Assembly (NCBI RefSeq): GCF_032444005.1
Contig: NC_091289.1
Span: 135,718,001-135,782,000, forward strand
DNA length: 64,000 bases
Direction of reading: 5' to 3'
Source: Ranitomeya imitator
Lineage: Eukaryota
The notes below the pieces were generated by a model that was not told the origin of the DNA, searched no databases, and saw only the letters and a program-made list of their open reading frames with translations. Each line of letters begins with the position of its first letter. Positions within the stretch are counted from its first letter, which is position 1. A program made the translations under genes and the position numbers. Of this stretch, positions 35,508-47,334 are shown piece by piece.

Positions 35508-36261
35508 TGTTATGCTGTGCTATCAGGCAACACAGTGTGCAGTAATCAGCGCACATACAGTGATATGGCAATAACCCAAAAACAATAGAACAAGCTCTGA
35601 GACGTGGAATCTCTGCAGACTGCAATACCTGAACCTATCCTCACACAACTAAAAGCAGCAGTGGATTGCGCCTAACACTACCTATGCAACTCGGCACTGC
35701 CTGAGGAGCTGACTAGCCTGAAGATAGAAATACAAGCCTGACTTGCCTCAGAGAAATACCCCAAAGGAATAGGCAGCCCCCCACATATAATGACTGTTAG
35801 CAAGATGAAAAGACAAAACGTAGGAATGAAATAGATTCAGCAAAGTGAGGCCTGATATTCTAGACAGAGCGAGGATAGCAAAGAGAACTATGCAGTCTAC
35901 AAAAAACCCTAAAGCAGAACCACGCAAAGGGGGGCAAAAAGACCCACCGTGCCGAACTAACGGCACGGCGGTGCACCCTTTGCGTCTCAGAGCTTCCAGC
36001 AAAAGAGAATAGCACAGCTGGACAGAAAAAACGGAAACAAAAACAAAGTAACACTTATCTAGCAGAGCAGCAGGCCACAGGAAAGATGCAGTAGCTCAGA
36101 TCCAACACTGGAACATTGACAAGGAGCAAGGAAGACAGACTCAGGTGGAGTTAAATAGCAAGGCAGCCAACGAGCTCACCAAAACACCTGAGGGAGGAAG
36201 CCCAGAGGCTGCAATACCACTTGTGACCACAGGAGTGAATTCAGCCACAGAATTCACAACA
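35508..36261 (-). repeat. 5' LTR (TATTTAA at 36157-36151)
   Basis: TG...CA, near-identical to the 3' LTR. Confidence 0.95.
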
Positions 36262-38427
36262 CCAGCCACCTTCTTCATCAGTTCCTGGCGCCTCTCTGGT
36301 TGTTCACCAGCAGTTTATGACCTGCCGGATCGTTCCACTATTTGCTGGAAGTCACAACTCAATGTAAGTCTGTGAGAGCGAGAGCGAGGACAGAACGAGG
36401 CTCTCATAGACTTACATTGAGAGCTTGTGACAGTTATCTCTGACTTTCAGTCAATCTGAAGTTGTGGTCACAAGTGGGTGGCATAGGGCCGAATCGACGC
36501 TGGGAAGAGCTGAAGACTGCAGATGGTAAGTATAACTCTAGGGTTAGGGAATTCATATTAGTGGCACCACTCCAGCTCTGACATGGAAAACAGCCTACTG
36601 CAGACTCAATTTTGTTCTCATGCATTGGGCTATCATTTTTCCCTTAAAGCAATGCCTCTGTGCGGAAGGGAAGAAAAGCATGCTGGTAATTGGGTGAAAT
36701 AGGGCATTTCAGGGCAGTTATTGAAGTTGGTGGTCTACATTATTTTTAATGGTTGCCTTTTGTCCTATGAGTTGAGAGTTATGCTAGATAAGTCCTTTGG
36801 TAATATGGCATGTGTTATGGATGCACTGTTCGTGGAAGCCTGGCAGCGGTTAATAGGACTTCTACAGACAGGCTTATCATAAGCTACTCCACTTACCAGA
36901 TCCCAAGGGTTGCACTGCCCTTCACCCTTTAACCCCCGTACAGGAACCTGGACTTGCAGAGGAACTCTATGGCAGGGCCGTGGAGTCAGCTGCTGACTGG
37001 TTGAGCAAGCTGAAGGTAAGAGGAGTCATCAGAGAGGGTCAATACGAAGAGGTCACATCAGGGACAAAATCAGAAAGCAAGCTGGTGGTCAAAATACAAA
37101 CTGCAGTCAGAAAATGGGATATACAAAATAGCGCACAAGAGCAATGGATAAAAGTGACCAGGTTTAGATGTCTGATGGAGTATTTTATAGAATGGAGCCC
37201 CATCCATGGCTCCCAGCAAAGAGACAAAATTACATACCAGCTCACTGCAGCAAAACACAGGTGGACAGGAAAGGGACAACTAGCCTCAATAATCTGAAAG
37301 CTAAACTGTCACAAGCTGCCGATCTCGCGGATGTTAGTGCGGTGACACCCAGCAACCATGGCATGAAATGGAGCCATATGTTCAGACATGGATGTGACAG
37401 CATGTATCAAAAGGTGGTCTATATAAAAGAACAGGGAGAGGTCGTTCCTGAAAACCTAGATTTTTAAATTAATCTGTTCAGTTCTCTCTCCTCTGTAAGA
37501 TGCTTCCCATTGATTGTACAGGATGTCCACGCTGACGAGTTCCCTTTAAATACAATTTTTATACTCAGTATTTCGCCCTCCTGAATGGAAATGATGATCT
37601 CCATGATCTCTACCACGTCACATATTCTTACTGTTAATATGAGGCACATTTATTATGTAGATATACGGTCAAACACAAATGTGGAAATAGTTTGTAGATC
37701 GCATATGGAAATATTGCAGCCTGCAGATTTCCTGAAAACAATGTAATATTTTAGCAGAGATGCCATGTTGTTTGTTTAGTATTTTTGCAAACTGAGAGGC
37801 CCCTAATGCGTTTGTGTGACCCCTGGAGAATGGTCGTAATGTAACTAATCTGCAATATATCTGTCTCAGATATAAACTAATCTGAGCCTGACAGCCGAGA
37901 CAGCTGGATATTCAATTACCAGTAATGACACTGTTCGGTGAGAGCAGGAGATACATTCTCTCCCTGTTCTGACACGTTGTCACGTTGCATTATATTAGCA
38001 ATCCTGATATTGGTTGCAAAATAAAATCCTGCTGCATTATATATAATATTTATGGATTTGGGAGGATGTTATCCAAGTGCATTTTTCCTATCATTACAAA
38101 AAGGGATTACTGTAAACATTTTTAGCTCTTCAGAGAACTAATACCTCCTGCTATCATTAGCATATAGTTACTGGCTGGTGCGTACCACCCCGCAAGGCTC
38201 ATTAGACTCATCAATTGGCTGCAGAATTTTGTTTCAGCATATATAAGTATAACTTAATGGAAAAAGGTTATGCAAGCTGAATGAAATGTTTGGACTTAGG
38301 AGTCGGACATCAGTCAGATAACCAGTGACAAACTAACAGCCTCCTGCCCACCATGCCCATACATTTATATATAAAGAATGAAGTCAGAAGGGAGGTTCAA
38401 CTTGTGGAAGCTTCCTCTTTAGATAGT

Positions 38428-38991
38428 TGTAACATCTGTGCCGGTTTCTGCTTCTGTCGCCAGGCGGCGCCGTACCTTTATTGTGGGTGATGCGTGACAG
38501 CATCAATCCTATTGTATTCCTGGGAGTCCAGACGCTGTGGGGTTATTCCTATTAGTTTGGGTTTCTTGCCGCTGTCAACAATGGGTTGGGATGTTCTCTA
38601 TATAAACCCCTGAGAGCAAGCTCCCACTGTCAGGCAATGTTTGTGCTCCCTGGCTCTACCTGTGTTCTCTGAACCTGGTGTTTTTTCCTGTCTTCCTGAT
38701 TTATCCTGTTCCCTGACTCGGCTAGTTTTCTGACGTTTCTTCTGCCTGATGATTTTGTACCTCCTGGATCTGACCCGGCCACCTGACTGTTCTTCTTGCC
38801 AGCATGCACCACCTAACGATATCTGACTCCATGGTCCTAACCCAGTGACCCCTGTGTATCCTTGTATAGGGGTTAACGGGTGAAGGCTTGGGCAGCCTCT
38901 GGGATCTGGGAAATGGAGTAGCTGGTGCCAAGCCTGTTCAGGGCAGCCATTATGGAGCTGACAGTTGACCACAAACAGTGCACACGTCACA
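38428..38991 (+). mobile_element. Probable old solo LTR
   Basis: TG...CA ends, internal TATATAAA; flanks ATAGT/ATTCT match only 3 of 5. Confidence 0.4.
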
Positions 38992-39109
38992 ATTCTGATT
39001 TAATTCAGAGTGTCTTCTATCAACCTTGCCAGGAATGATAAATCCTCATATAGTTTCATAGTTTTAATTTTGAATGAAGTCAAAAGTCAATTGAGTTGAA
39101 ACTATATCC

Positions 39110-39370
39110 TAACATGTAGTTCTAGAAGAACTCAAGAACCCCATAAGGCAAGTGATAATTGCCCCATATTAGTGGAAAAACTTATTTCTGACTCCACACT
39201 CGGCAATCAGACTTGTTTCTTGGATTAATATCCCTTCACAGAATCTAGTACGAATAACCTGTAATATTATTTTATGAAATGCGCCCAGGCTCTCCTTGAA
39301 CTTTTATTGAAACTTAAATTGACTACTACAACATGTCGTGTCAGAAACTTCAATAGATAAAGCATAATAT
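39110..39370 (-). mobile_element. Old CR1 3'-end fragment
   Basis: GACTCCA...GGCAATCAGACT...AATCTAGT...CCTGTAA resembles 13070-13150. Confidence 0.5.
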
Positions 39371-39395
39371 CTTCAGTTTTGAATGTTGAGTAAAA

Positions 39396-39561
39396 ACATA
39401 TTGTAAAAGAGAAACATCATAAAATGAGACACAGAGCCTACGCGTTTTGAGCGGCTAACCCGCTCTTAATCAAGGTCATGCCAAGATCAAGAGCAAGTTA
39501 ACTGCTCGAAATGCATAAGCTCTGTACCTCATTTTATGATGTTACTCTCCTACAACATGTG
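39396..39561. repeat. Head-to-head inverted pair of degenerate hammerhead-like repeats
   Basis: Diverged arms centred on CATG at 39477-80, each with a GAGC..GCTC stem followed by (G/A)AAA(C/T)GC(G/A)TA(G/A)GCTCT. Confidence 0.55.
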
Positions 39562-41685
39562 TTCAATAAAGAAGATTTCATGCGTTATCCATGTGGCTGT
39601 ACTAAAGATGCATTTTTCAATTTTTGAATTCTCATTGGAATACTATACAGGTGCTTGGCTTGTGCATTGGATTAAGTCTATCGACACCTTGTGAGCTGGT
39701 ATACTTTTTGCTTTTCAGAAATGTTCACAGTTTTAATACATATACAGTAAGAGTGCTTTCACATTGCCATCTGGGACATGCTTAGTGGTCCCATCGGGGC
39801 TTACGCCCGAACCCCTCTCAAAATGGGATTCAGACGTATGCATCAACAGGGCCATAGACTGTAATAGTGCCAGCAGAGAGAACGTGCTCTTTGGCGAGCA
39901 TTATTTTTGGGACTATACGCCTACTGTATGTGGAAACTCAGATTCAGCCTACTACATCTGAGTGTTCGTCCCCAGTACGCATACACGCTCGAAAATGATG
40001 CACGGAAGAGCGTAGGTTCATTCTGCCGGCACCTTAACAGTCTATGGCCCTGTCGGCACATACATCCAAATCCCCTTTTTGCTAGTGAGTTTGGACCCAA
40101 GCCCTGATGGGACCCACTAAACATACTGTGAAAGCCCCCTAAAGAATCAGCATCTGTGATGATGTTTAATAAACGTTTTTTCCTCTAGATGTGGAAGATG
40201 CCCCTTTGTCAATGTTGTAACCCTACTTGAAAAAGATCATTATAGAGATCTCTTCATATATTTGTACATTGTTATAAGATTGCCAAATCTTGGGCAGGAG
40301 AGATAAGAGTGACCGGTCAGTAACTGACTGTAGGCAGGCTGTGGGCAGGGAAATAAGGATCGAGGTCGGTGGGCTGTAAGTGAAATGCCAACCCCACTGC
40401 CCCTTGAGGTTTGATTGCAAAAATAAGTCATTGATAGATTCATTGATAGATTTTTCCAAACAAGGGTTTCTAAATCAAGGTATGGAAGTAATAAAAAATA
40501 CAGCGACTTTACATGGATGACGTTACATTTACATAGATTAGTTTGGGGAGTAAAAAGCTGCTGACGTGTTCCCTTTGAAGAGAGAGCTTTTAAATAATGA
40601 CTTCTGGATATTTAAGATTTAACACATTCTTTTTGGAAATTAATAAAATCCTGTTGTATCTTCCAATAGGCAAATAGAGAAAAACCTTACATAAAAATAG
40701 GAAGTATTGTATTCACCGGGCTCTCCAATGTTCTCCAGATCCATGCTGGAGTATATTTTTCCCAGTGTAAAATATTAACGTGTGGGTGAGTAACACATTT
40801 AATAACTCGAGAAATGTCAAACTGGGAAAATTATAGGTGTATTAAAGCAAAACATCACTCACCTTGGATGTGAATGAAAATGTAAAGTAGCTACATTTAA
40901 CTTCATGTGGTGGTGACCACAATCTAATACTTCGCGTACAGCTACATTATTCAGATCACTATTGAAGTAAAGCCTAATGATTAAGGTAATGGGCGGTTAA
41001 AGTGTTTCATACTTTGTGAAGTGCTACTTTCTTTCTAGTTAAGTACCCCTTGTGGCATTGATAGATAACACCGGGATGTTGACTCGTTGGGTTTTGTGTG
41101 GTGATAGAATTAAACACCGCTCTTCTCTATTGTGGAGAGAGAAGGACATCAATATTCAGCGCATTCACTACCTGTCTCAGATAAAGTTTAATGCAGTTGT
41201 TGCCGAGTGAAGTTATCTGAATTAATAAATAGGTACATACAATGCCGCGTATCAGCAGCGGGATGTAGAGCCTTCCCTCTGCGAACACATTGCCACATTA
41301 TTCTGGAAATGTATTATACACTTCTCCTGAAAACCCCAAATCTAGTAATACATATATCATACAATGGAGGTCATTTATAAAAGATCTGCCTCCTTTATTA
41401 CCTTTATATGTTAATTACCAGTTGAAAATTTCAGTAGTTGATTGTTACAAGAAGATCACCAATTAAAGAAAAACGAAAATCTTGAAACATAAAGAGTCAT
41501 ATTTATCAGCGCAGTTAGGGCTCATTTAGACGTCCAATTTTGCCTACGAATCCTATCCCTGATAACATTGGGGCTGTCTATGGGGCCTTTAGCACTCATA
41601 CTTGTGATAGTCTATGGAGAAGGTCACGGAAAATTGTGGAGACATGTTCCATCAAAATCCAACAGATCAAAATCGTCAATGTAAC

Positions 41686-42246
41686 TGTAATGCTGCTGCA
41701 GTGCAGTGTAGCGCAACCTCCACCAGGGGGTGTTGGTGAGGGAAGAGAGGATGCACACACAGTGTAACGCCACTGGGCAGCAGCACAAGCACCTCCAAGT
41801 TGCAAAAGAGTGGTCAGACGAGCCGAGTCAGAAACCATCATAACAAGAGGTACCAGTGGTCACAGAAATACACGTGGCCAAATACAAGCCAGAAGTCAAA
41901 GCCAGATGGGAGCAGATATAACCGAGATGAGAGACAATAAAACATGTCAGAAGCCAAGCCGGGTCACATACCAAGGGGTCCAAGAACAGGGAGCAAACAC
42001 TAAGTCAAAGCGGGAAGGCAGGAAAGGGAAATCACGGGTACAGAGTACATGGGCAGAGGACAAACATGGTATCAAGGGGTCAGCTGCTCTAGCCTGAAAG
42101 CAAGAACTATCACTGACATTGGTCTTCAGGCCACAGCAAACTGAAATAGTCACACAGCACTCACAATGAGACAGAGAAAGTTAACCCCTGCATGACCAGA
42201 CCAGAGAGAAAATAACAAGAAACAAACCCTGGCCTGGATTATGACA
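41686..42246 (-). mobile_element. Solo LTR, 561 bp
   Basis: TG...CA with 5-bp TSD GTAAC (41681-85, 42247-51); strand tentative. Confidence 0.75.
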
Positions 42247-43664
42247 GTAACTCAATGAGTCCATGAAAAAAATCAGATGACATCGAAGGGTGGTCTGATT
42301 TTCCCGAACTGTCAGAATGGAGAACGTGGTGAATTTTTCAAAAATTTCTCCATATACAAGAAAATGAAATTACACTCATGCCACACTCTGATCAAACTAT
42401 CAGATACTGATGAGAATAATCTGTACGTTTTTCAGTATGTGGAAAAATCAGACGTCTGAATAAGTCCTTACACTTGTTTTGTGGCATAGTTAAGGCTGAT
42501 TCAAACATCCATTTTTCTTGTGCGAATGCTATTCGTAGTTCTCGCGGACAGCACTTGTACCTATGACAGTCGATGGGGCTGTTTACATGTCTGATTTTAT
42601 GCCTTGAACCAAATGGATTGCTAAAAAAGGAGACATGTCCGATTTAGATACAAGGGTCAGATCAAAATCAGCAGTGCAAGTCTATGGGTCCGTGAAAAAA
42701 ACGAACAGCACTCACATGAAATCTGAGCACGGTCCGATAATCACGGACAGTCAGAAAGGAGAAGGGGGTGAACTTATTTTTCTCCACGTACGAGAAATAC
42801 TGATGACACTCGGACCACACTCTGATCAAAGTCTGATTAAAATAAGTGGTTTATTTTTCTCATACATAAGAAAAACTGACGTCTGAAGGAAGCATGACAG
42901 TGAAAAGCATCACGATATTGCGTATTTAGAGAATGTAACTAAAATTGCTAAACGCCTGCACTAGTATTAGTAATCATGAAATAATTTAATGACCATAGGA
43001 TAGAGGAGAAGCCGGCGGGCGCTTTAGATGCTGCCAGCAAACCCGAGACTTTTAGTACTTCAAGTTTTTTTATTGTGCAAAAATAACACATTTTCATATC
43101 AGAACTGAATTCTTCCTTAGGTCTGTGTTTTAAATGAAGAAGAATCCAGTTCAGATTAGGAAACATGTTATTTTTGGCACAATTAAAAAAAAACATGAAA
43201 TAATACAAATCTCAAGATTTCTAGTTGTCCCCATACTTTTTCCTTCCATTCATTGATTCTTTAATTTTCATATTAAAACAGGAAACCAAACAATGTGCAC
43301 AGCAGCAACCCGTTACCACATACCCCTGAGTATTGTGCCACCAGCATAAACCAAAATAATTGGTGTAGTACTTCACATTATTCCTCACAATTATGCCTTT
43401 GTTAGATGTTCCTGTACATAAAACCCTTTACTTATTTTCTTTGCATATAAATATGACCCAAAATATCCTTGCACTGAGCATTGAGAAACGAGACTATAGA
43501 AAACATAAATATATTCCAAGTAACATATAAAGGGCACCACTCAATGAAGGCATTCTCAGGTGAAAATTGATAAGTCTGCAGTCACTCTGTGTGCCTGGAA
43601 ACTTAAGAATCTCCCTAGCACACGCATCCAGTGGAGCCCAGTTTTCCATCTCCAGAGACACGGG

Positions 43665-43910
43665 TATGTCCCTATCTCCTGTAGAGTGTAAGCTCTTATG
43701 ATCAGCAGGGTCTCTCTCTCTCCTATAGAGTGTAAGCTCTTATGGTCAGTGGGGTCCTCTCTCTCTCTCTCTCTCTCTCCTATAGAGTGTAAGCTCATAT
43801 GATCAGCCGGGTCCTCTCTCTCTCTCTCTCTCCTGTAGAGTGTAAGCTCTTATGGTCAGTGGGGTCCTCTCTCACTCTCCTATAGAGTGTAAGCTCTTAT
43901 GGTCAGCAGG

Positions 43911-43950
<40 letters not shown>

Positions 43951-45125
43951 GTAGAGTGTAAGCTCTTATGATCAGCAGGGTTCTCTCTCTCTCTCTCCTG
44001 TAGAGTGTAAGCTCTTATGGTCAGTGGGGTCCTCTCTCTCATAGAGTGTTAGCTGTTATGGTCAGCGGGGTCCTCTCTCTCTCTCCTATAGAGTGTAAGC
44101 TCTTATGATCAGCGTGGTCCTCTCTCTCCTATAGAGTGTAATCTCTTATGGTCAGTGGGGTCCTCTCTCTCCAGAAGAGTGTAAGCTTTTATGCTCTCTC
44201 TTATGATCTATATGCAAATTGCCTCTTCTAAGAAAAAGAGGACTTAAACTCTATAGCACCACTTGTTGGAAGTAGCGATCCTACAAGTCACAATCAACCC
44301 TTTATAGGGTTGATTGTGACTTGTAGGATCGCTACTTCCAACAGTCCTCTTTTAAGTCCTCTTTTTCTCAGAAGAGGCAATTTGCATATTATATTTCCCA
44401 GAGGAGCATTGCACAGCGAATAAGCCTCCTCACCTTGACAAGCCAGAGATGGTATGTCACTCTCCATAAGGAGAAACGATACCCCTTAGACCTCTTATGA
44501 TCTAGGTACTCTCTCTCCTATAGAGTGTAAGCTCATATGATCAGCAGGGTCCTTTCTCTTCTGAAGAGTGTAAGCTCTTATGATCTCTCTTATGATCTAG
44601 GTACTCTCTCTCCTATAGAGTGTAAGCTCTTATGATCAGCAGGGTCCTCTCTCTGTCTCCTATAGAGTGTAAGCTCTTATGATCAGTGGGGTCCTCTCTC
44701 TCGCTGTCTCCTATAGAGTGTAAGCTCTTATGATCAGTGGGGTCCTCTCTCTCGCTGTCTCCTATAGAGTGTAAGCTCTTATGATCAGTGGGGTCCTCTC
44801 TCTCGCTGTCTCCTATAGAGTGTAAGCTCTTATGATCAGCAGGGTCCTCTCTCGCTCTCCTGTAGAGTGTAAGCTCTCATGATCAGCGGGTACTCTCTCT
44901 CTGTCTCCTATAGAGCGTAAGCTCTTATGGTCAGTGGGGTCCTCTCTCGCTCTCTCATGTAGAGTGTAAGCTCTTATGATCAGTGGGGTCCTCTCTCGCT
45001 CTCCTGTAGAGTGTAAGCTCTCATGATCAGCGGGTACTCTCTCTCTGTCTCCTATAGAGCGTAAGCTCTTATGGTCAGTGGGGTCCTCTCTCTCCTGTAA
45101 AGTGTAAGCTCTACGGTCAGAGGGT
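43665..45125. repeat. Minisatellite of ~40-55-bp units with variable (CT)n, derived from the L2 3' region
   Basis: Unit TAGAGTGTAAGCTCTTATGGTCAGCAGGGTCCTCTCTC. Confidence 0.9.
44210..44495. mobile_element. Fold-back fragment of the hammerhead-bearing repeat family
   Basis: Palindrome 44210-44389 centred at ~44302; the right arm continues into the reverse complement of 24800-24875. Confidence 0.75.
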
Positions 45126-46885
45126 TTCTATCTCCCTCTCTCTCTCTCTGATCTCCTTGACCTACTGTATGTTTCCTAAGAATTTACAAGTTTTCCAGTA
45201 TTGAGAACTGCACACATTTTTTCGCTGGAAATAAATTTTGGGGAAAAATTTGGTGAACTGATTGAATTAGAATTTTAAAAGATCTGCTCATCGCTACTGA
45301 CAGATGATCAATGTTAGATGCCTGGACAATCCAATAAATGTGTTTGTTTCCAATAGCTAGAAGAGCATCGCTGTGCCTTTTTGTTAAATTTTCTAGAAGG
45401 AATCAGTGTATTAAATCCTAAAATAATCATCATATAAACTAAAGAAAATTGAGTCGTTAGTGCAAAATAGGCAATGAGATATACTTTCCTACAAAGTCTC
45501 CAGTCGGTACAACTTTCTCATTTCAGCCGTGAGATAAAGGTCTCTGTAGCTTTGCCTAGTGGCACTGGCAGATCAACTTCATATAAACTGCTCTGCTGAT
45601 CTGCTGCTTTCAGGAGAGTGACTCTGACAGAGGCTGGATGAGCGGAAGGCAGTGTGCGGTTATAGGGCTGGGGATGCTGAGCCAGGAGAAATTGAAAACC
45701 TTGAGTGCAGCTATATTTTTCTCAGCCAATCTAAACTAAATTAAGAATCTTCTACCTGGCAGATCCACCAGCAGAGACAGGGTTACATCAAAACAGTGCA
45801 GTAATTAACGTTAATCTATTGTTTGGATGATCTTTGCATATTGTACTGCACTGCGGATATTGTTGGCACATTATAAATAAATGCTGATTACCCATACAGC
45901 AGACTGGTGATATCTGGCGTTAAGAAGAGACGGGAAGACGGCGTTTATGGCGATGGTGATGATAGGGTTGTGTTCTCTGTGGACTCTGCCTGGTTATGTT
46001 GTTTTAAACCTTCTAGGGTAGTAAGGAAAATATATTTACAGGCACATAATAAGTGATACAAATAAGTTCTACTTAGAGAACAACTGCAGTCATCACTTGT
46101 TCCCACGTAGAGTCTAGGTCTGCTCTTTGTGCTACACAAACTGGAACACCAAGATGGAAAAGTCATGGAATTCTGGAAATCACAGGATGGATAGACATCT
46201 TAATGATATGAAAAAGATCAAAAAAACGGAAACAACATTTTCAAAATTTCTCGATTTACTCAGCATTTAATATATGAGTGTCATGCCTAGAAATACAAAA
46301 AAATGACTCCTGGGTAACTTTCACATTCGCTTGTGAAGGCATCTTCATGGCGTTGCCTATGTGGTCTCCCGACCAATCTCCGGGCATCACTGTGCCAAGA
46401 CAAAAGGAAGACTCGTCGATAAAGAATATAGACCTCCTTTTTTGTGAGTCTATTAATTAGGTCAATCTTTTTTTATTTCTACTTATGAGACTTTTACAGA
46501 TTTGTTTACATTTTTTTTACATTTCATTATTTTGAACTGGGAAAAGGAGGTGATTCGAAGTTTTAATTATTTTCCCCATTTTTAAAAATTTTTTTTTTAC
46601 TTATCATTTTTTAGTCCTCTTAGGGGACTTGAACCTGCGATTGTTTGGTTGCTTGTACTATATACAGCAATACTATAGTAGTGCGGTATATAATAAAGAT
46701 TATGGTCTCCTACGATGCCAAACCAACGGCCAGACATGTTGTGAGAATTCACATTACAGGCAAAGGTCCTTCAGCACACTCCTGGCTGTCACACCAACCC
46801 ACATCATAGGTGGGCAGAATGAGCGCTTAGAAGGGTGGAAGCTGGCGAGTAAATGCTCCTGTCAGTGCATAACAGCATAATTTAA

Positions 46886-47290
46886 AGGGAACCTGCTATG
46901 TCATAAGAAGCAATTAACCTGTAGATATGGGGTTAATCTGCAGGTTAATGGCGTTCTGAATCATTGCATTAACTTTATTCCTCTCAGCAGCATTGAATTT
47001 CCAGTCATAGTGGAGCGCCCAGCACAGCGTCTGTCTCTGCTCTGTGTATAGTGAGCGGCGGCTGTAACCACGCCTCAGCAGTGACTGATAGCAGGCTCAG
47101 TACTGATAAACACTGCCGAGCTGGCTGTCAGTCAGCACCAGGGCGTGGTTACAGCCGCCACTCACTATGTACAGAGCAGTAACTGAAGCTGCAGCAGTCG
47201 CGCCTCTATGGTTGAAAGCCAGAGGCTGTCGGTAGGAATAAAATTCACAGCCAGGCTTTCACTGCAAATAACCACATATCTGCAGGCTCG
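46886..47290. mobile_element. T2/Kolobok-type MITE, right end uncertain
   Basis: TTAA|AGGGAACCTG start; internal inverted repeats. Confidence 0.4.
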
Positions 47291-47334
47291 CAGTGACAAT
47301 GTAATTTATCTGTGCTGACACGCTCCATGACATA

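Larger units (their letters stand above)
30549..36261 (-). mobile_element. Intact Ty3/Gypsy chromovirus (Tf1/sushi-like) LTR retrotransposon
   Basis: Two 754-bp TG...CA LTRs, flanking duplication CCAGCC, single gag-pol ORF, PPT. Confidence 0.97.

Noticed and set aside
36980-37467. 105-aa and 99-aa ORFs with plausible composition as a further NTNG1 exon
   Set aside because: No similarity to the expected next NTNG1 exon (GNPYMCNNEC...); the region looks like an LTR remnant but I found no TSD
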